From Pseudovirgaria hyperparasitica (lineage: Eukaryota): a DNA stretch of 64,000 bases. Of this stretch, positions 53,774-64,000 are shown piece by piece. The notes beneath the pieces were generated by a model. The model did no database searches. It had not been told where the DNA came from and was given only the letters and a program-made list of their open reading frames with translations. Each line of letters begins with the position of its first letter. Within the stretch, counting starts at the first letter, position 1. The translations under genes and the position numbers were made by a program. The stretch lies in NCBI GenBank assembly GCA_010093815.1, contig ML996575.1; one strand, given 5' to 3'.

Positions 53774-54489
53774 ACGTAGACCCTAGGCCCGACTGCGATG
53801 ATCCACTCAGAATTGGTAGCCTGGGGCAGCAATAAATTGTCAGCGGGTAATATCAAATGACTTCTGACAGTATAACGCTGAGTAAATATCGGGCATGGAC
53901 TTAGCCGATCTGCAAACTAGCTACTGTCCAACTTAGAATATGGACATTGTTGACAAAGTTGGTAGATTCGAGAACTTTTTAATGGCAAGCACTAACCAAA
54001 AATCATCGATATGGTTACGTACGTTGTGTACATGTGTACAGTATTAAATGCGTGGACTCTTGTCCACTTTGTTGAAGATCATCACCGTGTCTAGTGGATC
54101 ATGCATTAACCTGGGCATTCTCAGAAAGCATAGAGTAACCAAGGGCACTAGATCTGCAATTCGGACGCACCATGACTTCAAGAGGCCTTTTGCGATGAAA
54201 ACCTCCGAATGCGCCTCGGTCCTCATGCCATCAGCGCTATCTGGGCTGCAAGGAGGGGCACTACTAAACAATCTGCCATAAACATAGGACTTTTTTGACC
54301 ATGCCCTAGCGAATCATACGCTGACCAGTACCACTGGCCTCGAGGGATCCGAGACGAACATCTACCTGGACCTACTGGAGACAGTTTGGACCTTTCGACA
54401 GGGAGGCCATAGCATCTCGTCTTGCTGGAGGACCCTATAGTTCAACGCTCCGATACTTGTATATTTGGTTCATCACACCAGCTTTCACT

Positions 54490-56624
54490 ATGACAGAAAT
54501 ATCAGGAATCGAGAGCCTATCAAGTGAAGAGGCACAAGCTCTTTTGTACGGCCGAATGCACCCATTACCACGCCTATCGAAGGCTCCAGAACAGAGTAAT
54601 GACATTTCTGAAGTTTTGGTCGTTGGAGTAAGTCCTCACGCATTTCTGTCGAATATATACTTACGAAAGCTACAGGCTGGCCCAGCGGGCCTGTTCATGA
54701 CTTTGAACCTCGCTCATTTGGGACTTACCGACACTTCTCTTCTATGTATCGATGCTAAATCTGGTCCGACACCCGCAGGCCATGCCGACGGCCTGAACGG
54801 ACGCACGCTGGAGATCTTTCGCACGGTCCAGATTGAAGGTGACATCCTCCGTGACGCCCCTAGTATATGCAGTTACGCATCCTGGTACCGGCCAAACGGT
54901 GACCCAGACAGCTTCCATAAGGGCTCCGAGCAGATCGCAAACACAGTAGCCCCAGCACGGTACGGTGATTATAAACTTATGCAACAAGGCCGTCTTGAGC
55001 GCGTCTTTTTGCGCGATCTCTTCGACTACTCGACGCGTGGTGTGCAGTATTCAACTCAGTTGGTTGACGTCAATCTTGACGAGACGGATCCGGAACGGCC
55101 AGTGACTGCAGTGGTAGAGACGGACGGACATCGAAGGACTCTACGGACGAAATATCTCATCGCTGCCGACGGTGCTCGGTCTGGCATCCGCCAGAAACTT
55201 AACATCGAGCAAGAAGGACAGAACTTACCTCGCGTATGGGGCGTCATCGACATTGTTGTCGACACCGACTTCCCGGACATACGCAAGTTTACTCAGCTGC
55301 CTGGGCACCTTGGTGAAGGGAGAGGGCACGCGTTCATCATCCCTCGCGAGAAGATGAGCAACGGCGAGCCGATGACACGGTTTTACGTCGACTTGACAGA
55401 CTATTCGGAGTCAACAGAGGGCATGTCGGACACGCGGGCATTCCGAGCGAGCATTACCGTCGACAAAATCATGAAGAAGGTGCGCGAGAAACTACACCCA
55501 TACCGCGTGGACATGAAGAAGGGCACACGACCGATCTGGTGGGCCGCGTACCCCATCGCTCAGAAAACGGCAAAGGAACAAATCGTGCGAGACTCCCAGA
55601 GCCACCCCCGAATCTTTCTCGCAGGCGACTGTACGTCACACCCTCCAAGTAAACCCCTTGCACCGCTAACTTGTCTTTCCCAGCAATGCACTCGCACTCA
55701 CCCTCTCAAGGCCTTGGCATGAACATGGGCATTCAAGACGCCTTTAACCTCTCCTGGAAACTTGCCTACGCTATACATGGCCTCACGGTCTCGCCAACCT
55801 CCCTGCTCGATACATACGAATCCGAGCGCCGCCCGGTCGCCCGCCGCCTCATCCACCTCGACCGCGTATGGAACTCGACCGGCAAGACAGAGCAGCCCAT
55901 CGAGGCGCGCCTGCACGACATGGCAGAGTACATGACCTGCTGCGGCATCGAGTACGGGCCCAGCATGCTCGTCTCGCAGCCCACCAGCGCCGCCGAGCAC
56001 GACTCCAATACCGCATCCCGTCCGCCCAATTCCGCGTCAACGGCGCATGGCCCTGTTTCCGGCACAGACTATCTTCACGGCGTCCTACGACCGGGCCGCC
56101 GTTTGCTCAATATCGCACTGCGACGGTTCGCCGATGGACATGGCTGGGACATACACGACGACTTGCGCGCCGACGGGCGGTACCGGGCTGTTGTGCTCGC
56201 CACAGTGAATTTTCCGCACGGGCTGCGAGATCGAAGCGCTGTGGCGCATGTGTGTGGTGCTACGGTACATGCGTTTGTGGCGGGAGGAGCTCCTATCGTC
56301 GAGGCGGTCATTGTGTATCCCGGTTCGGGGGAGTGTGGGTGGGGCTGGAGGGATGTACCGGAGGCTGTAAAGAAACATTGTGAAATGAGGGTTTACGGGG
56401 CGCAGAGGGAGGAGTATGAGAGGTATGGTGTGGATGTGGACAGAGGCGCTGTGGTTGTTGTGAGGCCGGATGGGGTTGTTGGGTGGGTGGGTGAGCTGGA
56501 TGATGTGCAAGTGATGGACGAGTTTCTTGGGCGGGTGCTGAGGAGAAAGAGTGTTGACGAGCTCGTGGACAGGAGCGAGGCGGTGGATTGTGATATTGGC
56601 AGTCGTGGAGTGCTGTGTGGGTGA
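54490..56624 (+). CDS. FAD-dependent phenol 2-monooxygenase-family aromatic hydroxylase
   Basis: VLVVGAGPAGL (spliced), ADGARS and LAGDSMHSHSP..GMNMGIQDAFNLSWKL motifs; C-terminal VVVRPDG thioredoxin-like domain. Confidence 0.9.
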
Positions 56625-56771
56625 GTTACCTAAGTACGTAGCAGTTGTTCCGAGGACAGCAGGGTCAAGAACGCATCCATTGCTCATCCTAGCATACAGC
56701 CAGCTACTCCATCTTCCGTCATACATTCATCGATCTATCTATACAATCGTCCATGCTTCATGATAACCCCC

Positions 56772-56894
56772 TCACATAACAACACACCAGCAACTCTCGT
56801 CACAGCCACAGCATTCACAAGACTCGCCACACGACGTCTTTGGCCCGGCGGGCTTGATGATGGATATGATGCTCGAAGCGGTGGATGGCGGCAT
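56772..56894 (-). CDS. 40-aa Cys-rich peptide with C-terminal CaaX box (not in the ORF track)
   Basis: MPPSTASSIISIIKPAGPKTSCGESCECCGCDESCWCVVM*. TATAAA at ~57121-57126, 5'UTR intron 57011-56947 (GTACGT..CTAAT..TAG), AAACATG start context. Confidence 0.75.
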   Translation of the reverse strand: MPPSTASSIISIIKPAGPKTSCGESCECCGCDESCWCVVM

Positions 56895-58481
56895 GTTTTC
56901 GAGCTTGACTTTGAAGATGTGGAAATGGAAGTGATTGGGACAGGTGCTATGTGAATGTTATTAGGAGGTGCCATGGGAATGTGTGTAATGAAGAGGGCAG
57001 ATAAGACGTACCGTGTGCGTTGTCTGTTTTGGGATGATATGTGTGTATGGCTGTGTATGTGTGTCTGTATGTCGAAGATGTAGTTATCTCACTCCACGAA
57101 CCACGAGCGCGCAGCCTGCCTTTATACACACTCGCTCATTCTTACATCCCACGTCCCAGCACAGCTCACGCCAGCACTTCCCATCAGGGAGGGACCCGCC
57201 AGACAGCCACAGCCACGCATGAAACGTGGTCTACGCAATTCGCTCGCCCATTTTCAGCTCGCCCATGCCCTGTGAATCCACTATCTGACCAATAACCCAC
57301 TCAACGTAGCTCGCCGCCGGTATACCGCATGCAGCAGCAGGTTTGTAGACTAGCGATTCATACCATACTATACCATACTATGCTGTATCACATCGCAAGG
57401 GCTGTCGTCAAAGCGCCATATCTTGACCGTATACATTTAGGTTCGTCGGGTTTGTCGGGCGGGGGCCTGTGAAGTTCACATTCCACTTTCGCGCCACTAT
57501 GGCCACGGCTTGCCTCTCTCTCATTAGAACGTATCCACGAAATGCCTCATGCTAGATAGAGTGGTGCGTTGGCATGCTGATACTGATGCCGATCTACTTC
57601 AATTTACCTACGCGTTCAGCAATCTGCCAGCAGTACTTAGTGAAAGGTCACGAGCTAAGCTTTCTGCCAAGACAGGGACTGAAGCTTGGTGAAGCTTACG
57701 CGTCGAGGGCCCCACTTGCTTGCTAAGGTTCTGCTGGGCACGCACAATGAGCTGCTGCTGCAGGGCAAGGGGGTGTTCTAGGTCTGGGTGATGCATGGGG
57801 TGTACGGGCTAGTGATTGGATGGCCTGGGTTGTGTATATATCCATGTGAGTTTGGCGGATACTGCGCTGCGGTACAGGCTTGGCATATCAGGAGGATGTT
57901 TATAGAGAGGCCTTGGAGAGGAGAGGATGTAGTCAAGGCATGCAACGCCTATGATGCTTTCTGTGGTAAATTTGGAAGAGCTGACTACAGAGAAGATGCA
58001 AGCTGCGGTCAAGTAATGGCGTTGTGAGTTGTGGGTGGATCCTGTGGCTGAAGGATGGACGGGAGACGCGTAGATGGGTGGATGCAGTACGGCTGAGCGG
58101 CATCGTGGTGTTTGTTTTGGCGTGTGCATGCCACACCTTTCCAGGGAGGCAGGAGGAGTGACATCTTCTCAGGTTGATGTAGTCGGATAGCTGGACATTG
58201 GGTGTGGATATGTTGCTAGTTATGGCTAGTGTAGCGCTGATTTATTGATAGCATGCATAAGGTGGACGCTCAGGACAAGTTTGGAGCATAGTACGACCTG
58301 TATCATGAAGATTGGGGGCTGATTAGAAATTTTGAATATGTGTGAGTCGACGCAAAACGCAGTCTACTTAGATGCTAATCTGACGCCCGAAAGATCTTGA
58401 ACACCATACCATGCAAGTCATCGTCCTATATACAAGGTATCTCCGATCGCTTACTTCTACCGTGCCAACCTGAACGCTTCC

Positions 58482-59514
58482 CTAGATCTTGTGTTTCGCA
58501 GGGTCGATCATGGGGTTGGAGCGCAGGAGTTTTGGTGCCAGCCTGATGTTGTACTCCATTGATAGCTCAGCGTGCTTGTCGCCCTGCAGAGGCACGAAGT
58601 CGACAACGAGGTCGTTCTTGACGGCAAAGACGGAGTCAATGCCAAGGTAGGGGTCGTTGCGTGGGTAGATCTGGTTGACGACGGTGCGGTAGTCCTCGTG
58701 GGTGATCATGAGATGAATATGGGCCGGTCGCCAGGGAGAGCGGTCCATGACATCGAGAAGAACACCAGCAGGGCCTAGGTGTGTGTGTTAGCTGAATGGT
58801 AGCATGGAAATTGCGGAAGCGTGCTTACCATCAGTAGGTAGTGAGTATGGAGTAGGCTTGAGACAGTAGAACCAGTACTCTCCATTCGCATCTGTCCTGA
58901 ACTTGCCCCTCAGATTGTTATCTGACTGGCCTTCAGGGTCTTGGAAGTCGTATTTGCCGTTGCTCGATGCCTGCCAGATGTCGACGACAGCATTCTTCAG
59001 CGGCTTCTGCGTAATCACATCAACGACACGACCGTGCATTTTTGTGACCTGGCCATTGTGAGGGTCTTGGATGATGCTGCCACCGATTTGGCGCCATGGT
59101 GCGTTTGGCGACCAGAAGGGGCCGAGAATTGTGGTTGATGTAGGGACTTCGCCGCTGTCAATGATGACCTTATTCGCGATCTCGTCGACGAGTCTGTAGG
59201 AAGACGAGAAGGGTGAGAACGTGTCGGCCAATCAGATAGGGGCTTGGCACTGCTTACGATTCTAGACCAATCACGTCACAGATGCGGTGGCCCTCATTCC
59301 TCTTGGGTGTGCTAATCTGTCCGATGGAGTTTAAGAATTGCACTCCCATCATCCATTCTTCAGTGGTCAGCTCGACTTCGCGCGCAAAGTCGTGGATATG
59401 CTTGATGAGGCTGCTGAGGACAACCTTTGCGCGTGGATTTGTCGCTGGACCAAAGGAGTCGAGGACTTGGGGAGTGAAGTCGGGGTCGAACTTGTTTGGG
59501 GCGGGAGCGGCCAT
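58482..59514 (-). CDS. Intradiol ring-cleavage dioxygenase, resembling fungal protocatechuate 3,4-dioxygenase (PrcA-like)
   Basis: [39 protein letters not shown] and WRPAHIH Fe ligands; two introns. Confidence 0.9.
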
Positions 59515-60219
59515 TGTGTGTGATTTGTGTGGTATGATAGATATCAGCTGGGGGAGCAGCGCAGTTGAACAGGAGAACCAGGCAGAGAGAACTGAGAAGG
59601 ACGAGAGAATTATCAATCTAGCACGACTCACGCGGCGCAGTTCACAGCTATATAAACAAAGGATGATTCCAGTGCAGCACCATGCCGTGCAGATAGGCCG
59701 GTCGGTTGTCACAGTCTGTACATCCAGTGCTTCACGGCAGATCTGTCGGCTAATAGTTCTTAGGGCTGCGGGTTGTCGGGGGCCCTGGACAACAAGCGAC
59801 AAGCAACGAGGAGAGAGTGGCATCATGCTCGCATAACAATAACGGTATCATGGCCGCATAATTGACGAAACACGGCGTAGGCTTTCATGGTCATCATCAC
59901 TCATCACTCATCACCATCACTTGCCGCTCCATTCGCCGAACACTCCTCAACTCAGGGAACCCCGCAGTCTGGTCTCATTAGCTGCTCCCCTGCCGTCAGC
60001 CCTCTATTACAACCCGCCTCTTAGCTCTCACTGCATGAACGAGTCACGACGTCGTCTTTTTCGGCTACTATTAATGGGATTTACGTCGCCGTGAATATCC
60101 GCCTTCAAATCATGAGGCGCCTAACTACTGGGTCTTCTCTTTGCTCAGCAACCTAGTTGCCTGTTGCTGTACAATATTTGGTGGAAGCGCAAGGCTCGAT
60201 TGATGCTTGTCGGCACAAC

Positions 60220-61411
60220 ATGCTGCATCATTTGATGGTTGGCACATGGACTCCTCCGGGCGCCATCTTCACATTCGAATTCGATGATGAGAAACTCACC
60301 TTGAAGCTTGTCAAGAAGACTGTCATACCGCATGATGAGCCTATATCATGGATGACCTTCAGTGTAAGCTTCCATCTCCACTTTCGACGGCACTGTGGCT
60401 TACAGAATGCAAAAGCATACCAAAAAGACCATATATGGCGCCGCCTTGAAGAAATGGTCAAGCTTCACCGTCAAGAGTCCGACAGAGATTGTACACAATG
60501 GGTCCTTTCCGATGGATCATGATCGTAGGTGTGCGTCTGAAACACCAGTCGCACTCGCTGACAAGTCCATCTAAGCTCGAGCATCCCAAGCAGACACCAG
60601 AACTCGTGCCATCTTTGTTCTTGCAGCAAAGAAGCCTCCATACAACGTCTACGGCAACCCATTCTACGAATATGCCGGACACGGGAACGTATTCTCAGTC
60701 ACCGATGAGGGAGCCTTAAAGGAGAATGTGCAGAATTACGAATACAATGAGCGTGCAGCCATCCACGGCATGGTCTTTGACTCACGCGAAGAGTACATGT
60801 ATTCCGCAGACATGTGGGACAACAAGATCTGGACGCATAAGAAGAACCCAGAGACCGGCCATTTGCACACGGTCGGCAGTGTCAATGCCCCTGCCTCAAA
60901 TGATCACCCCAGATGGGTTGCTCTTCATCCAAAAGACACGTATCTGTACGCCCTCATGGAATCTGGCAATCGTCTGGGCGTATATGTCATAGACGAACAG
61001 TCTCATCTGCCGATATTCACGTACATCACGTACCCCCTGCTACCACCTGGAATGGACAGGTCTTTCCCAAAGATGTATCGATCAGACGTCGTGTTCTTGT
61101 CACATAGTGCCAAGTATCTCTTTGCTACTGCACGATCCAATAGCGCCTCACTTACTGGGTATATCTCCGTGTTCGAGCTTGGTCCGTCCGGTAACATTGT
61201 GCGCCATATATGTATGAATCCTACACCAACTAGTGGAGGCCACTCCAATGCGATCAGTCCATGCGATTGGAGCGACGAATGGTATGCGCTTACCGATGAC
61301 GAAAAGGGTTTCATTGAGATATATCGCTGGAACGAAGGGTTTCTGGGAAGGGTCGCACATTGCGATGTTCCAGAGCCAGGCTTTGGGATGAATGCAATTT
61401 GGTATGATTAG
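60220..61411 (+). CDS. 3-carboxy-cis,cis-muconate cyclase (CMLE, beta-propeller)
   Basis: MLHHLMVGTWTPPGAIFTF.FDDE..EPISWMTF, IHGMVFD, HPRWV and GFGMNAIWYD match my recollection of Neurospora CMLE; two introns. Confidence 0.92.
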
Positions 61412-61890
61412 GCAAGAAAGCTGCATAGACGGAGATAGACGGCATGTATACGAAACAGAAAGATGTCATTATCCGAGTCGCGAGAACGTGCACATCTCAC
61501 CCAATGTGGCCGCCACCAACCAGCCGCCCTAAATGCCGAAGCCAGGGGCCGGGGTCTTCTCCGGACCTTAGCGTTAGCCTAGCGCAACTCCCCACATCTA
61601 GCCCAGCTTACCCTTACCCTCCTCTTCCCGTCCCCACCGTCAGGCCTCAGAGCTCTACCAAAGGCTGCACGTTGACGCAGATCGAGACCGCATACACTAA
61701 CCGGCAACCGGCTTCGGTCTGGTGGGCCTTCAGAGTGAAGATGAAAGATGGCGACCATCGATCATTCCAAAACAACAAACATCTCAAATCCAACCACTCG
61801 TCAAAACCTATGTGATTCAGATTCTCACCTTGCCGACCATACCTAGCGAATAAGCATTGCCACCGCACCAGATAAGTCCTTGACACGAAC

Positions 61891-63564
61891 ATGGCACCTC
61901 AAGCTGGCATTCTCTATGTAACGATGGCCCCCCAGGCATCACTGCCTGCAGCTCAATTCCACGATTGGTACGACAACGAACATGGTCCCCTTCGATTGCG
62001 CCTTCCCTACATCACGAATGGCTTCCGCTATCGTGCCAATGACATGGATGGGAAAGACCCGACAAAGGAGCCGGAATGGATGGCTGCATACGACGTGACA
62101 GACATGAATGAGATGACCAAGGAACAGTATACGAGGCTTCGCCGGGAACCAATACAGACACAACGAGAGCGGGATACAATGAAGCAGATCAAGGTGGACA
62201 GGAAATTTTACGATCTTGTACTTGTCCGTACATCATCAAATTTTGAAGATATAGAACAAATTGGTGCACAAACGAAGGACGTAGCGAGCGTGCTTGTTGC
62301 GCGTATATTCACCCTAAAAGAAGGAGCAAAGGACAAAGAAGAAGAGTTCCTGAAGTGGTACGACGAGGAGCATTTGCCCATGCTGGAGAAGGTTCCCGGT
62401 TGGCGTCGTGGACGTGTTTACAAGTCCAGCTCGATCGAGCCCGTCAATGAGGTGCAATATCTTGCTCTGCACAACTATCTACCGGAGAATGGCTTGGGAG
62501 GAGAGGAATTCCAAGCCGCCATATCAACACCATGGAAGAAAGACATCGTCGCGAATGTGATTGATGACAGGTCAAGGCGTACATTTGACTTGTACTACAC
62601 ATTCGGTCCAGCTCCACGAGATCTCGCAGCGCCAGCTTCCTTAGACGCGCTTGCGTCTTGGAACTACTCAGACGGCGTGACCAAAACATACAAGGAGAAA
62701 GAGCGTGCAATCGTGGAGTCGTATGTCACAACTGCTGATGGTGCGGTACTTCCCTATCGTCTTGAGGGCTCTACGAACCCAGAAGCTCCTCTGATCATTC
62801 TCTGCAACTCCGTGCTGGTGACATGGGGCATATGGGATGCATTCGTTGAACACTTCTTATCCGACCCCAAAAACCAACACTTCCGTATCCTGCGCTACAA
62901 CTCACGTGGCCGCACCGCAAACACCGGCTCCCAGAACATCACTCTCGATGTGCTCGCAGCCGACATAATCACCATTCTCGACGCTCTGCGCGTCCCGAAA
63001 GCCGCTAGTCTTTTCGGCGTTAGCCTCGGCGGCGCAACAGTTCTCAACGCCGCTCTCAAGTATCCGTCTCGCGTTGGCTCGTTCATCTCCTGCGATACTA
63101 ACTCCAAGTCGCCCGCAGGCAACAGCACAGCTTGGGCCGAACGCATCGATATCGCAGAGAAACAGGGCATCAAAGCGCAGTCTGGCGAGCCGTTGGTCGG
63201 CTCCGAGCTCGCCGAGAAGACGGTGCGTCGCTGGTTCGTCCCCGAGTCGTATGATGGCGGCGTTAGCGAGAAAGAGATCCAGCGCGTCAAGGACATGGTA
63301 GCAAGCAACAGCCTAGATGGCTTCAAGAAGGGCGTCAGAGCACTGTTCGACTACGACGTGGAAGGTCTCATGCGATCCTCCAAGGTAAAGGGTGCATTTG
63401 TCGTCGGCGCGGGAGATGGTGTGCTGCCGAAAACGATGGCGGAGATGGCGAAGAACTACGGAGACGGTGTTCATTTGGCGGTCATCGATGGTGCGGGACA
63501 TTTGCCTATGGTTGAGAAACCGAGGGAATTTGCAGACGTGGTGGAGAGATTTATGGCTGGCTAG
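61891..63564 (+). CDS. EthD-like x2 + alpha/beta-hydrolase fusion (3-carboxymuconolactone hydrolase/decarboxylase or enol-lactonase-like)
   Basis: Two WY..EH repeats (FHDWYDNEH, FLKWYDEEH); hydrolase GVSLGG and GAGHLP motifs; intronless 557-aa ORF. Confidence 0.85.
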   Translation: MAPQAGILYVTMAPQASLPAAQFHDWYDNEHGPLRLRLPYITNGFRYRANDMDGKDPTKEPEWMAAYDVTDMNEMTKEQYTRLRREPIQTQRERDTMKQIKVDRKFYDLVLVRTSSNFEDIEQIGAQTKDVASVLVARIFTLKEGAKDKEEEFLKWYDEEHLPMLEKVPGWRRGRVYKSSSIEPVNEVQYLALHNYLPENGLGGEEFQAAISTPWKKDIVANVIDDRSRRTFDLYYTFGPAPRDLAAPASLDALASWNYSDGVTKTYKEKERAIVESYVTTADGAVLPYRLEGSTNPEAPLIILCNSVLVTWGIWDAFVEHFLSDPKNQHFRILRYNSRGRTANTGSQNITLDVLAADIITILDALRVPKAASLFGVSLGGATVLNAALKYPSRVGSFISCDTNSKSPAGNSTAWAERIDIAEKQGIKAQSGEPLVGSELAEKTVRRWFVPESYDGGVSEKEIQRVKDMVASNSLDGFKKGVRALFDYDVEGLMRSSKVKGAFVVGAGDGVLPKTMAEMAKNYGDGVHLAVIDGAGHLPMVEKPREFADVVERFMAG

Positions 63565-64000
63565 GATGTGCGCAGGACTCGGAGTTAAAGCGAGCGCACA
63601 TGTGTATGTATGTACGCTATACGCAATACACTTCTATCACGTAATCACTGGGTGTTTGCATCATAATCAAACACTCCCAAAACGTCAGCAAAGCTTCCCT
63701 GAATGGTTCCATTAGCACTAGACTTCTTCCAGTCACTTGCACTGTCTCATAGACGCCGTTCTGACCTAGTTATATGTATCATGATACAGCAGTCACGCAG
63801 TGGAAGTATATAAAGATAGATACCAAGGACGCTTATCTGGTGTTGTTGTGGTGTACAAGCTCCATTTGCTGCTGCTTATCATCATTATTATTATTAGCAT
63901 CAGGCATCACAGGCACGTACGGCAGAACTGCATCTTCCCCCCCGCCCAACTAACAGCTCGTGATGATAGTGCGGCGCGTTCGTGCGATTATGGGAGATGG

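Noticed and set aside
57590..57900. 62-aa minus ORF (MHHPDLEHPLALQQQL...) with a possible intron
   Set aside because: Ambiguous start and splice pattern and no motif; cannot be supported.

Overview
Gene-dense, intron-containing genomic DNA from a filamentous ascomycete (Pezizomycotina-type splice signals and gene families). I can support about 30 protein-coding genes and one tRNA-Val(AAC); no transposon or CRISPR array is evident. Bases 1-21 kb hold an NTF2/G3BP-like gene, an MFS transporter, GH16, a Zn-ADH, DUF829 and GH3. Directly after the tRNA comes an accessory-looking block (about 21.2-35 kb). It carries a UstYa/DUF3328 oxidase with two HxxHC motifs, head-to-head with an unannotated spliced 45-aa secreted peptide gene (candidate non-repeat fungal RiPP precursor). 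The block also has two PTH11-like membrane proteins, a SAM methyltransferase and a GH45 homologue lacking its catalytic acid. Bases 35-54 kb are mostly housekeeping genes (SIRT4-like sirtuin, Myb, patatin lipase, Qri7, F-box, GST-kappa, SDR, MGMT). Bases 54-64 kb form an aromatic-catabolism (beta-ketoadipate) cluster, inside which lies an unannotated 40-aa Cys-rich peptide gene ending in CaaX (CVVM). Gene models were spliced by hand and family calls come from recognised motifs; no database searches were run.
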